A model generated the notes under the pieces. The model was not told the DNA's origin and made no database searches. It saw only the letters and a program-made list of their open reading frames with translations. A program made the translations under genes and the position numbers. This document shows, in pieces, positions 10,169-20,150 of a DNA stretch of 64,000 nt. The stretch spans positions 64,001 through 128,000 of IMG/VR virus record IMGVR_UViG_3300032321_001270; one strand, 5' to 3'. Numbering within the stretch: position 1 is the stretch's first letter; every line of letters begins with the position of its first letter. The stretch comes from a virus. Lineage: Duplodnaviria > Caudoviricetes.

Positions 10169-10197
10169 AGTATAGGCGAAAACAAAAATCACGCCAA
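10169..10197 (-). promoter_or_regulatory. Sigma70-like promoter for 9717..10139
   Basis: Minus strand TTGGCG-N17-TATACT in the 10140-10202 intergenic gap. Confidence 0.5.
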
Positions 10198-10202
10198 CAC
10201 GA

Positions 10203-12491
10203 TTACGGCAGTACAAGCGTTCTGCCGGCTGTCGTGCGCATGAAATTGATATCTAAGAAATCTGGGCGTACCTTTACGGCACGGTACGCTAAGTTTCCGG
10301 GGATCGATACCGAAAACACGATATTCTGGTTCGGGTCAAGGTTCGTGCCGTTGTTAAATTCGACGATAGCCGGATTTTCGTAGATGAAATCAGCAACGTG
10401 GCTATACGAACCGTCGAGTTCTTTTACCAGCGTGAACCCACCTTGGTAGGGCGACGTGCCTGATGTTGAGTGTGCGTGCGCTCGGAAAATACCGCGGTTA
10501 TTAGCGAGGTCAATTTCATAGGTCACGCCGCGGGCATAATTGCCATGATCGGTCTGGTCGTCGTACAGCGTAATAATTTCGTTGCCGGGCGTAAGCGGTG
10601 TAATGTCAGCAGAATGCCAACGCGCGTCATGGTTACCAGCCGGCCCGGTGTACGGATCGTTATAGACCGTAAGCCACTTCGTATTTTGCGTGGTTGCGCC
10701 GCGGGCCACATTCTGGAACGTGCCCGTGTCAGAGCAGCACGGCACACCTTGCAGTGCCCACTTTACTTCTTTCGTTGCGTAGTCGATGCAAAACGCGCCG
10801 CCCGGGTGTCGGCAACTGATAAGCAAATCGCCAGTGACAGGGTGCACGTCGATTGAATTAGCGTGAAAATAATCGTAGTGCGGGCCAATATTGAAGTACT
10901 CGTCGCTGTGCCAATCCCACACAATGGTTTGTCCGTCGGCAGACAGTTCTTGAATATACAGTTCGTTATTGGGCATGTACGTGCCGGTGCAACCGTACGC
11001 GTACGTCATCGAGATAAAGTTGCCGCGGCGGCCTTCGGGGCCGGCGATCATGTGCGACTCGTGGCACTCCCAAATAGGCTGCGAGTTTGACGAGTCGTTT
11101 TTCATCGTGTAGTTCGTGGCCGTCATCTGATTCAGGCCAAGTTCTACGGCGTATCGAGTAGCATCCCCCCACGTGTGCAGCACCAGTTTGTTCGGCACTG
11201 TACAGTGGAGCGAAGAGCCGTTATGCCGGTCGTCGTGGGTGTACCAGACAGGCGTGCCGTTTTCGTTAAACACGATGAAGTAGTTTGCGCCATTACCTTG
11301 GGACGGGTTGTACAGATAGTAGCCGGGACGATACCCGGCGGTCTTTGTCTGCACTGTGACCATCGGCAGGTCGGTCGGGATAACCCGAATAAAATACTCC
11401 TGCGCGCCGTATGTGACGTGCAGTGCTTTATTGACGTCAATTGAACCGGTTGTGTTAGCGCCGTTGATCGTCAGGCTATAAGCGTCGGTGCCGTTTGTGT
11501 CGGAGTAAATGCAGTAGTCTTGAATCGATGGATTAAACGCCGGCATTAAACTGCCGCTGCTGCCATCAATACTGACGTCAAGCGTAGTAATTTGCGCAGA
11601 AGCCGAAACCTCAACAAACATGTCAGAGGTCAGCGGCGGTTTTGGCATCAACTGGCTGATTAGCGCCGTGGCATACCAGTAGATCGTTTTGCCCGCAGCG
11701 CCAGTCGCGTCAATGGCCAGCGTATACGGTTCAACATCGTCGTCTGCTGTAGCACGAACACTGATACCAGCCGCCACAGACCAATCGTTTTCAGCGGTGT
11801 TCTCAATGATGGGGCTGCCCACAAAAACAACACCGTCACCACCTAAACCACGTTTGACGCCGCCGCGAATTGTCCACACAGCCGTTACGTCAGTCGTTAT
11901 ATCGTAAGCCGTGACTTTGATATCAAAATTCCAGATAACACCGATTGGAACTTCAAGGCGCCTAGCAGTGGATACGCCGCTAGAATAAGAAGCTACGCCA
12001 TCCAGCGCCAGTACAGTCGCCGCGTCCGAAGTGGTTTGCCCGCGCAAGTTATAGATACTGAACTGCGCGTCGCCGGGGGTGTTAAATGCGCCGCTCGAAA
12101 TCGCCACTTGACCAAAAGAACTGGCCACCGCCTGTTTGCCGATAGCCAGAGAATTTGCAGCCGTCGCAGAAGATCCGGCGCCAGCCAGTACAGCGGCATT
12201 AGCGCCAGATACTGTGTTATCTGCACCGCCGCCAATAAAGCCGTTGAGCCCAGATACGGTATTTGTGTTGCCGCCGCCGATGAAACCGTCTGTGCCTGTT
12301 ATTTCATTGTTCGTGCCGCTGTTGATGTCAGCGCCCGTAGCGTACGCAAGCAAGTTCCACGGCGTAGTCCCGTCGCCGTACTTGACCTTGTTTGTGTCCG
12401 TTTCAAGGCACGGCTCGCCCGGCTCCAGAACCGGATTCAGTTCTGCCAGATAAGCCGCCGTGCCACGTTTAACGCGAATTTCAATAGTCAT
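10203..12491 (-). CDS. Fibre protein: Mtd_N-like N-terminus, cadherin-like segment and arylsulfotransferase-like domain
   Basis: IRVKRGTAA...NPVLEPGEPCLETDTNKVKYGDGTTPWNLLAY (Mtd_N-like); LMPAFNPSIQDY (cadherin-like); DYFHANSID, ISCRH, NHDAR, LYDDQ and YRA motifs (ASST-like). Confidence 0.75.
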   Translation of the reverse strand: MTIEIRVKRGTAAYLAELNPVLEPGEPCLETDTNKVKYGDGTTPWNLLAYATGADINSGTNNEITGTDGFIGGGNTNTVSGLNGFIGGGADNTVSGANAAVLAGAGSSATAANSLAIGKQAVASSFGQVAISSGAFNTPGDAQFSIYNLRGQTTSDAATVLALDGVASYSSGVSTARRLEVPIGVIWNFDIKVTAYDITTDVTAVWTIRGGVKRGLGGDGVVFVGSPIIENTAENDWSVAAGISVRATADDDVEPYTLAIDATGAAGKTIYWYATALISQLMPKPPLTSDMFVEVSASAQITTLDVSIDGSSGSLMPAFNPSIQDYCIYSDTNGTDAYSLTINGANTTGSIDVNKALHVTYGAQEYFIRVIPTDLPMVTVQTKTAGYRPGYYLYNPSQGNGANYFIVFNENGTPVWYTHDDRHNGSSLHCTVPNKLVLHTWGDATRYAVELGLNQMTATNYTMKNDSSNSQPIWECHESHMIAGPEGRRGNFISMTYAYGCTGTYMPNNELYIQELSADGQTIVWDWHSDEYFNIGPHYDYFHANSIDVHPVTGDLLISCRHPGGAFCIDYATKEVKWALQGVPCCSDTGTFQNVARGATTQNTKWLTVYNDPYTGPAGNHDARWHSADITPLTPGNEIITLYDDQTDHGNYARGVTYEIDLANNRGIFRAHAHSTSGTSPYQGGFTLVKELDGSYSHVADFIYENPAIVEFNNGTNLDPNQNIVFSVSIPGNLAYRAVKVRPDFLDINFMRTTAGRTLVLP

Positions 12492-12503
12492 GATAACTCA
12501 GTG

Positions 12504-15500
12504 TCAGAAGGGTGCTGTGGGCGGCGTGAAGTCGCTTGTGTAGAGCGCCTGTTTTATAATGCGAACTTCATCAATAATTACGTTAGATTCAAACCCGCCG
12601 GCTGTTGGTACGAAACCGAGGCACAAAATATACGGCCCCGGTTCTGGCGCTTGCGTGCTGGTACTTACGGCAACGCCCTTCACGTATAGCGTTGACGTGC
12701 CATTAGAGCGAACAACGGCGATGTGGGTCCACTCTCCAACGTTTGCGCCGCCGCCCTGCAATGCGCCAGAAAAACCGTTATTGCATTCAACGGGTCCGCT
12801 TGAAGCGATGCAAAGATGCAATCCACCAAAATAGCTATAGATATCATCAGAAGCGCTCAAGAACAACAAAGTGCTGTAATTAAAATTTGACTGACGGTAA
12901 GCCCAGCATTCAATGGTGAAATCGCCAGTCGAAAGGTCAGGTACGTTGCGCGTGGTTGACGCAAAACCGGTTTGATTGTTGCAGTTGTACGCCGCGGCGC
13001 CAAACATCTTGGTTGACGTATCAAATACACCCGGCGGCGTCGGGAAAGTTAAACCCGTCGGAGATGAATCGACAAGGTTTGACGGGCCGTCGCAGTGCAA
13101 GAGTAGTACCGGTAAAACCGGCGCATAAAAATTGACAAACACGGGGTAAAAATTACTTTCGTACCGCGCGGCCTGCGTCAGGCGCATGTTTGACATATAC
13201 ACGTTGGCATACATATCAAAGTCGTGCCCGTCGATTGTTTCCCAGTACGCGGGGTTTCCGCTACAACTCGGCGACTGATTCACGGAACAAGCGTTAACGC
13301 CGTCCACAAATAACGCTGTAAATTGCCCAGCTTTTCCGACCAAGGCAATATGTTGCCAACGCCCAAGTTTGACAATGTTTGCCGCTGTGCGCGCCACAAA
13401 CCCGGCCCCGTCAGCCGGCAGGCACCCGCCACTGTTTATGCTCAAACTCTTGTCACCCCACATTACAATAGTGCATGGATCTCCGCCGTCACTGCGCAGC
13501 ACAAGAAACGCAGAATCATTTGCCCCACGAGACGGGTCCACAGATTCGGTGTACAGCCAGAACTCATAAGTAAAATCTTGCGTGATGTCTGGCAAGAAAC
13601 CAGAGCCATCCATTCCGGCGTTTGAATACATGCCGACGCCCTGAGTCCCGTATAGTGCCGTGGTGTTTGGACAGCCTTGCGGCGCTGTTGTGAACGACGG
13701 CAACGAGTTGCCGGGCGCATGCCAGTTTGTAGACAGATCAGATGCGCTCGTGAAATGATTCAGGTATTTTACATCAGCGGAATACGGGTCACTGGCTGGT
13801 TCAAAACTCGGCCCGCCAAACGCTTGCGTGGGCGGCGTGAAGTTTTCGGTGTAGACCGCCTCGCCCTTGACGATGCGGAGTTCGTCGATGTAGCCGTGGA
13901 AGAACTCGCCGCTGCTGCCCTGCTGTGCGATCCACAAATCCGCGCCATTATCAGGTTGAACGGCCCACGGCCCAGAATCCGCCAAAACGCCGTCGACGTA
14001 CAGCGACATAGTTCCGTTCTGGTAGCACGCCGCAACGTGGTACCACTGATTCAAATTCAACTCAAACGGCGTCATCAATTCAGAAACGCCTCCGCTGCTA
14101 TTAGCGCTAAGATATAAATTCCTTGTCGCCGGATTACTAAAACCACACAACCACTGCCAGTTGACCCCGGTTCGGCGAGTAATAACCGTTGTGTAACTAT
14201 CTGCATACGAAAGCATATGCATCCAGAATTCAACCGTAAACGGCTCGTCGCCAGTCAAATTAAATGCGTCGTTTGATGCAATTTGTAAATAACTGTTGTT
14301 AACAAAATCAAAATACGCAATTGTCGGACCAAATTTAGTCTCGTTTGTGCTGATTTGAGCGTTGCCGCCGGCGGTTACAGTTAGCATATTTGGCGACGAA
14401 TCAATGAACTGGTTGTCGCCGTCAATGCCGTCAAAGTGCAGGAGCAATGATGTTGTTCCGCTAGACGAAACAATAGGCGGCGCGGTTACAAACTTGTCAG
14501 CAAGATACTTCTCGACGGCCGCAAGCGCCGCAACGCCCAGTTTGTGGTCGTAATGAACCACGGCGGCGATGTCACCTTGCAGCGATTCTGGGGACTGAAA
14601 TGAGCCTCCAAAACCTAAGAGAAGTTCGGCGCCGGCCATAGAGGCCATGTCAGCGTACAGCGTTTCAGAAACTTCTTCTCCGTTTATGCGCAACTTTAAC
14701 AACCCAGCAGCGTCGACTGTGTAACTGATTAATGTCCAGTCAATCGGCAGGGTTGTTGGAAAACCACCACACTCTGCAGCGTTATAATTTCCAGTGCACG
14801 ATGCGTTGTACAACTCCAACCTGCCTTGCGGTTTGTGTACATTTAGCGTTAAACCGTCGAGTTGGCTAAAGTCGGTCCCCGCCGCTGGTTGAAAACTAAT
14901 GATTCTTGCGTAATCGTTGTCGTTGGCTGTTTGCCGCACTACAACAAAACCGCTGGAGTTCTTCAAGTTGAACTGGTGGTTGACCTGCATCACGTTCGGG
15001 TCGCCGTTGAAGTGCACGGCATTCTTACCCGTCGGCGTGGCGCTGATTGCCAGTGTCGGAACAGGGGCGTAATCAGCGTTAGCGGCATTGTTGTTACTGC
15101 CGCTCATGTCACCCCAACCGAGAACCGTATCGTTGAAGGTCGTGAAATCAGAATCAGCGCCGTCCAGCCAGAGATCATTGCCTGTGATAAGTTTGGGCGT
15201 GAAGGGGCCGATAAACGGCTGGGTGGGTGGCGTGAAATCAGTGGTGTAGACAGCCGTGCCCTTGATTACTCGGAATTCGTCAATGTAACCAGTAAACCCG
15301 TCTCCCGCACCTTCTGCCGTCCCTAATGAGGCGGAGGCGCTGAGTGTGAAATCATAGGCCACATTGGTGTCTGCTATCTTTGTTCCGTCAACAAATGCTC
15401 TGACAACACCGCTCTGGCACGTGATTGCGAGATGAAACCACTGGCCTGTAGAAACGCCTAGGGCCTCAATTATAAACCAGCCGTACGGCTGCCGGCCGAT

Positions 15501-18500
15501 CATCAGTTCTCCATAATCTGAAAACACGACAAACAAAGATCCGGCGCAGGTCGCGACCTGCGGACCCAACAACGCCGGATAATTGGAGAATGTTGTGGCG
15601 TTTATCCACATTTCAATTGTGAAATCAGCGGTGCCAAAATGAAATATTTCGGGATCAAAAGACACGCGACTGGAGCCGTCAAAGTACCCGCTTGCCCCAC
15701 CAAATTTGCTTTGAGCAGTTCTAATGACTGCGTTGCCGTTGGCCGTGACTGTCAACGCGTTAGAAGATGAATCCGTGAATGTCGTGCTGCCATTCGCGCC
15801 ATCGAAATGAAGCAGCAAGTCAGCAGTAATCTCGGGCACAAATGGATTCAGGAACGCAGCAGTCGGCGGCGTGAAGTCTGCCGTATAGCGCGCGACGCCC
15901 TTGGTGATGCGGAGGTCGTCGATGTATCCGTACAGCGACCCTTGAACTGACCCGCCATCAAAAAAACCCGCGAAGGTTGGCTGACCGTCATACGGTGACG
16001 AGTCAGTGATCGCCGCGCCTACCATCGCACCGTCTATGAATAACTTCACTGCGCCATTTTCTCTAGCCGCCGCAATGTGATGCCACTCGTTTGATGTTAT
16101 GTAGTGGTCGGAAAACGAGGTGTTTGCATTTGTGCCTTCGTTATACCAGTTCAGAATATTGTTCTGGAGATAGATCGACGGCCTAAAATCTCCGGCGACC
16201 TGCCCGCCCCTCCAGTCAGCGAGAAACACAACCTGCTCTTCTTTCAAGTAGACCCACATCTCGACGGTGAAGTCGCCCGATCCGAGGCTTAAATCGCCGG
16301 AAGCGGACAGTCGACACTGCGCGCCATCATTGTAGTAAGACGATCCTCCAAACTTGCTCTCGGTCGTGCTGATGTACGCGCTGCCATTTGCAGTCACCGT
16401 GTTCTGCAGATACGAATTATCTGTAAATACCGTACTGCCATCCGCGCCGTCCATGTGCAGAAGCAGGACAACGTCTTCTGCGTACGGGTCGCCAACAGGC
16501 GCTGTATCAATAGGATCTGCAAATTCGCGTGTCGGGGGCGTAAAGTCCGCCGTATAACGCGCGACACCCTTAGTGATGCGAAGGTCGTCGATGTACAAAG
16601 TTGTTCCTGATGACGAAAACTCTGCTACATCTCCGGCTACGGAGCCTATTGATGCGTCGGTAGAGTTAGGCCAGTTTATTGAGTCAGTACTTGTGTATGA
16701 GTCATTCTGCACTCCATCCACAAACAACATGTAATCCGAACCGTTTCGGACTATGGCGAAGTGCTGCCATGAATTGAGCGGCAAATCAGTTGCAGAACCC
16801 AAGAATGGCATTTGCCAACTGCCGTCTATTTTGGCGTCTACACGAAGTTTGCCGTCCGTATACACGTAGCAATTCAGTCCTTCAGGCACATTGGCCGATC
16901 TGCCATTGCCAAAAACTCCCACTTGAGACCCGACCGACGACGCTCCGATGTAGTGCCACCATTCAATGGTGAAGTCACTTTCTCCAAAATTGAATGTTTC
17001 GGCAGGAAATTTGATAAAACTTCCGTCACCTTCAAACTTACCGCTGCCATTACCAAATTTGACAGTTGTCAAATCAATCCGCGCGCCGCCGCTGGTCGTG
17101 ACCTCGTGGTGATACTTGGAATTGTCGTAGAAGTAGGTGACAGGTGTTTCGGGCGCAGTCATGGCGCTAAGCGGGGCTGATGGAGGCGTAAAATTCGCAG
17201 TATACACCGCAAAGCCTTTCACGATGCGAAGTTCATCGATGTAGCCGTGGTATGCATCTACGCTGGCTAACTCGTGCGCTCCGCAACCAATTGTGAGTGG
17301 TTGAGCCGCGCCAAGATCTATTACGCCGACGTCTTCTTCAAAAGCGATTACGCCGTCAACGAACACTCGAATAACCGTACCCGCGCGTGTCAGCGCCACA
17401 TGCGCCCATTGCTCTAGCGGCACAGAAACATTGCCAGAATTATTCAACCAATAAAAAGAGTTGCCGGCAAGATAGAGCGCATCGCCGGCGGTGAGCCGCC
17501 ACAAAATTCCATTCGCATATGTGCCAACAGACACAACTGAATTTCTAGTGGCGGAAAACATATACGTAAACATTTCGATGGTAAAATCGCCAGTGCCAAA
17601 ACCAAATAGCGGCGATTCTTCGTATGTCAACGTAGCCACCGGATCGCCAGAGAAATAGCCGCTAGAACCGCCGAACTGATTCTGCTCTGTCGAAATTAAC
17701 GCATTAGAAGAATTTATTGGCATTAGCGCATTATTACTGCTATCTGTAAATGAATCACTGCCGTCGGCGCCGTCAAAGTGGAGTAGCAGCGCCGCGGGTA
17801 ATCCGCCGGCGCTGAACGGCGCTGTCGGCGGCGTGAAGTTATCCGTGTACAGGGCCGTGCCGTTTGTGATTCTGAGTTCGTCCACGTAGCCGTCGTTTAT
17901 CGGGCTTTGGTTGTTGCCCCAAACGCCAATTCTAAAATCAGCCGCCGCTACGGGGTCAGAAACTCCAGAGTCATTTTGCGCCTCCACTTGCCCGTTTAAA
18001 AACAGAGTGAAGACAGAACCCTGACGCACGAAAGCGATATGGTTCCAATCATTCAGTGTCACATAATTACTACCAAAAACACCGTTTGCAAGATCCCAAC
18101 CGCCGCCGCTGCTCGCCCACATACCGATTCTGCCGTCCAAGTACATCATCACGCCATATGTAAAATCGTTGGCGCCGGCGAACAAACACTGGCAACCGCC
18201 ATTCCCGCCGCCGTTGTTATATGTTGTCGGATAAAAGAAACACTCTATCGTAAAATCAGCCGGTAAATCCAATGCGCCATTTACATTTGTTACGGTCAAA
18301 TATCTGGCTGCATGAACGTTTTCATCCGACGGGAAATAGGCGCTTGTGCCGCCGAATTTGCTTTGAGTGTTGGAAAGTTGGATGCCGTCTCCGCCCGTAG
18401 CCGTCGTCGTCAGCGCATTCGCGCCACTGTCAGTAAATGTTGTGCCGCCGTTTGAGCCATCAAAGTGGAGCAGGAGCGCATCGGTTGTGACTGGGCCGGC

Positions 18501-20132
18501 GGTTGTGTTGTTCGGCGACTTGTTCATGTGAAGCAGGAGCGAAACGTTGTCGCCGTAAACATCTGTCGCAAAGTTTTCTTTGCCAAACCCGCCGTTCCAG
18601 AGCATGCCGATGTCAGTAAGACTCAGGGCGCGACTCCAAATACCAATCGAATCCAGCGCGCACGCAACGCTGTTTTGCAAACCACCCTGCTCGCCAACAC
18701 CGACTTGCAGTATGTTCGTGGTGTCAACGAGCGTGCCAGTTACATCCGCGCTATCAGCGAGCACGTTGTCTACGTACAGCCGCGCTTTGCCCGCGTCAGC
18801 ATCGAGCGACAGAACGAAGTGCCGCCACTCGTTCGCGGCAAGTGCAGGATACGCCAGCCGAAACTGACCGCTTGTTGTACGGACATAGGACACCAGTTCG
18901 TTAGTATTTCCACTTTCATCGCCCCAACCAAGTACAAACTGGCCGTCTGGTGCGTTGCCGTCCCAGTTCTGCATGATCTCGCCGAACGTGCCGGTCGTTG
19001 TGGGCAACTTGAACCAGCCTGAGATAGTGAAACTGGGCGTGAGTTTCAGCGTGGGGTGCGACAGGTAATTTGCGCCGCCAGTAAAATTACCGGCATTTCC
19101 AAGCACGCCGGGCACGCTGGCAACAGTGCCGGTTTGCACAAGCGTATTTCCACTGCCACTGATATCTAAACGGCTGCCGTTCTCCTCGTTCATCGGCCAG
19201 AACGCCGTCATGCCGTTGAGAAGCGGGTGCACGACCTGCGTAATTCCCCAGCGGCCCAGCAGATACTCTTCAACCTGCGCCCGCTCTGTGTCGGTAAGTA
19301 CTCGGCTATACAGCACGATTTCGGCAATATCGCCGTTAAACGCGCCAGCAGCATAATCAGCGCGCGACGAACCCAGTGCAAACTGCGTGAACGTACCAAC
19401 CGTGTCTTGCTCTGTGGTTTGAGCCGTCAGGCCATTCAGGCTCGTGGTGAACGACGCCGAATCACAAGCAACCATGTACACAGCCGGCGCGAACGTCGTA
19501 ACTTCTTGCGGCGAATAATAGTTGTCACCAACCCGCGCAGCCACGTGCGTCGCGTCTTGCATAATGCACGGAATAAACCCGCTAGCGTTAGTGTCTGTCG
19601 GGTGGTTCAACGCCGTAAATACACGCCCAGCTGTACTTGTGCCGCGAGGGTTTAATACCACGAACAGCGTGAAGCCGGGCTCTAAATCAAAACTACTGAG
19701 CATGGCGTCATTCGTGCCGTCAAACGTAACGACGCTCAAATCATTGATCGTGTTGCTGGCTGCCGGGCGGTTGGCTTTGAGCGACTGGAAGAAGTGCCGC
19801 TTGTGAATCGACTTGTCATCCCACTGCGCCACTTTGTTATTAACCAGCGACACAAAGTCGGGATCTGCGGCGTCGAGCCACAGCGCCAAACCACTCAGAT
19901 TCGGCGGCGTGAACTCAGGTGTCGTGCCAGCAGACGCGCGGGCTAGTTCGCCACCGTCCACCAAATTAACGTCGGGGTTCGCGTACGGCAGGTCATTCCA
20001 CGCAGTAACGCCGTCGCCAAGTTTAAACTTTCCGGTGTCAATTTCGTGAATGGGTTCTCCGCGCAGCAACACCGGATTGACGGCGTGCAGGTCGGCGGCG
20101 GTACCACGGCGTAATTGAATTTTTGCTGACAT
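12504..20132 (-). CDS. Giant multi-LamG fibre/adhesin (2542 aa) with an Mtd_N-like N-terminus
   Basis: IQLRRGTAA...GEPIHEIDTGKFKLGDGVTAWNDLPY, then about 11 LamG/ConA-like modules (LLLHFDG, DFTIE, YIDELRI, YTxxFTPPTxPF). Confidence 0.9.
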   Translation of the reverse strand: MSAKIQLRRGTAADLHAVNPVLLRGEPIHEIDTGKFKLGDGVTAWNDLPYANPDVNLVDGGELARASAGTTPEFTPPNLSGLALWLDAADPDFVSLVNNKVAQWDDKSIHKRHFFQSLKANRPAASNTINDLSVVTFDGTNDAMLSSFDLEPGFTLFVVLNPRGTSTAGRVFTALNHPTDTNASGFIPCIMQDATHVAARVGDNYYSPQEVTTFAPAVYMVACDSASFTTSLNGLTAQTTEQDTVGTFTQFALGSSRADYAAGAFNGDIAEIVLYSRVLTDTERAQVEEYLLGRWGITQVVHPLLNGMTAFWPMNEENGSRLDISGSGNTLVQTGTVASVPGVLGNAGNFTGGANYLSHPTLKLTPSFTISGWFKLPTTTGTFGEIMQNWDGNAPDGQFVLGWGDESGNTNELVSYVRTTSGQFRLAYPALAANEWRHFVLSLDADAGKARLYVDNVLADSADVTGTLVDTTNILQVGVGEQGGLQNSVACALDSIGIWSRALSLTDIGMLWNGGFGKENFATDVYGDNVSLLLHMNKSPNNTTAGPVTTDALLLHFDGSNGGTTFTDSGANALTTTATGGDGIQLSNTQSKFGGTSAYFPSDENVHAARYLTVTNVNGALDLPADFTIECFFYPTTYNNGGGNGGCQCLFAGANDFTYGVMMYLDGRIGMWASSGGGWDLANGVFGSNYVTLNDWNHIAFVRQGSVFTLFLNGQVEAQNDSGVSDPVAAADFRIGVWGNNQSPINDGYVDELRITNGTALYTDNFTPPTAPFSAGGLPAALLLHFDGADGSDSFTDSSNNALMPINSSNALISTEQNQFGGSSGYFSGDPVATLTYEESPLFGFGTGDFTIEMFTYMFSATRNSVVSVGTYANGILWRLTAGDALYLAGNSFYWLNNSGNVSVPLEQWAHVALTRAGTVIRVFVDGVIAFEEDVGVIDLGAAQPLTIGCGAHELASVDAYHGYIDELRIVKGFAVYTANFTPPSAPLSAMTAPETPVTYFYDNSKYHHEVTTSGGARIDLTTVKFGNGSGKFEGDGSFIKFPAETFNFGESDFTIEWWHYIGASSVGSQVGVFGNGRSANVPEGLNCYVYTDGKLRVDAKIDGSWQMPFLGSATDLPLNSWQHFAIVRNGSDYMLFVDGVQNDSYTSTDSINWPNSTDASIGSVAGDVAEFSSSGTTLYIDDLRITKGVARYTADFTPPTREFADPIDTAPVGDPYAEDVVLLLHMDGADGSTVFTDNSYLQNTVTANGSAYISTTESKFGGSSYYNDGAQCRLSASGDLSLGSGDFTVEMWVYLKEEQVVFLADWRGGQVAGDFRPSIYLQNNILNWYNEGTNANTSFSDHYITSNEWHHIAAARENGAVKLFIDGAMVGAAITDSSPYDGQPTFAGFFDGGSVQGSLYGYIDDLRITKGVARYTADFTPPTAAFLNPFVPEITADLLLHFDGANGSTTFTDSSSNALTVTANGNAVIRTAQSKFGGASGYFDGSSRVSFDPEIFHFGTADFTIEMWINATTFSNYPALLGPQVATCAGSLFVVFSDYGELMIGRQPYGWFIIEALGVSTGQWFHLAITCQSGVVRAFVDGTKIADTNVAYDFTLSASASLGTAEGAGDGFTGYIDEFRVIKGTAVYTTDFTPPTQPFIGPFTPKLITGNDLWLDGADSDFTTFNDTVLGWGDMSGSNNNAANADYAPVPTLAISATPTGKNAVHFNGDPNVMQVNHQFNLKNSSGFVVVRQTANDNDYARIISFQPAAGTDFSQLDGLTLNVHKPQGRLELYNASCTGNYNAAECGGFPTTLPIDWTLISYTVDAAGLLKLRINGEEVSETLYADMASMAGAELLLGFGGSFQSPESLQGDIAAVVHYDHKLGVAALAAVEKYLADKFVTAPPIVSSSGTTSLLLHFDGIDGDNQFIDSSPNMLTVTAGGNAQISTNETKFGPTIAYFDFVNNSYLQIASNDAFNLTGDEPFTVEFWMHMLSYADSYTTVITRRTGVNWQWLCGFSNPATRNLYLSANSSGGVSELMTPFELNLNQWYHVAACYQNGTMSLYVDGVLADSGPWAVQPDNGADLWIAQQGSSGEFFHGYIDELRIVKGEAVYTENFTPPTQAFGGPSFEPASDPYSADVKYLNHFTSASDLSTNWHAPGNSLPSFTTAPQGCPNTTALYGTQGVGMYSNAGMDGSGFLPDITQDFTYEFWLYTESVDPSRGANDSAFLVLRSDGGDPCTIVMWGDKSLSINSGGCLPADGAGFVARTAANIVKLGRWQHIALVGKAGQFTALFVDGVNACSVNQSPSCSGNPAYWETIDGHDFDMYANVYMSNMRLTQAARYESNFYPVFVNFYAPVLPVLLLHCDGPSNLVDSSPTGLTFPTPPGVFDTSTKMFGAAAYNCNNQTGFASTTRNVPDLSTGDFTIECWAYRQSNFNYSTLLFLSASDDIYSYFGGLHLCIASSGPVECNNGFSGALQGGGANVGEWTHIAVVRSNGTSTLYVKGVAVSTSTQAPEPGPYILCLGFVPTAGGFESNVIIDEVRIIKQALYTSDFTPPTAPF

Positions 20133-20150
20133 GTTTGTTTATTCGTGTGA

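Noticed and set aside
10203-20132. Diversity-generating retroelement suggested by the Mtd_N-like N-termini
   Set aside because: No reverse transcriptase and no template/variable repeat pair differing at adenines was seen. Mtd_N-like segments are generic fibre anchors.
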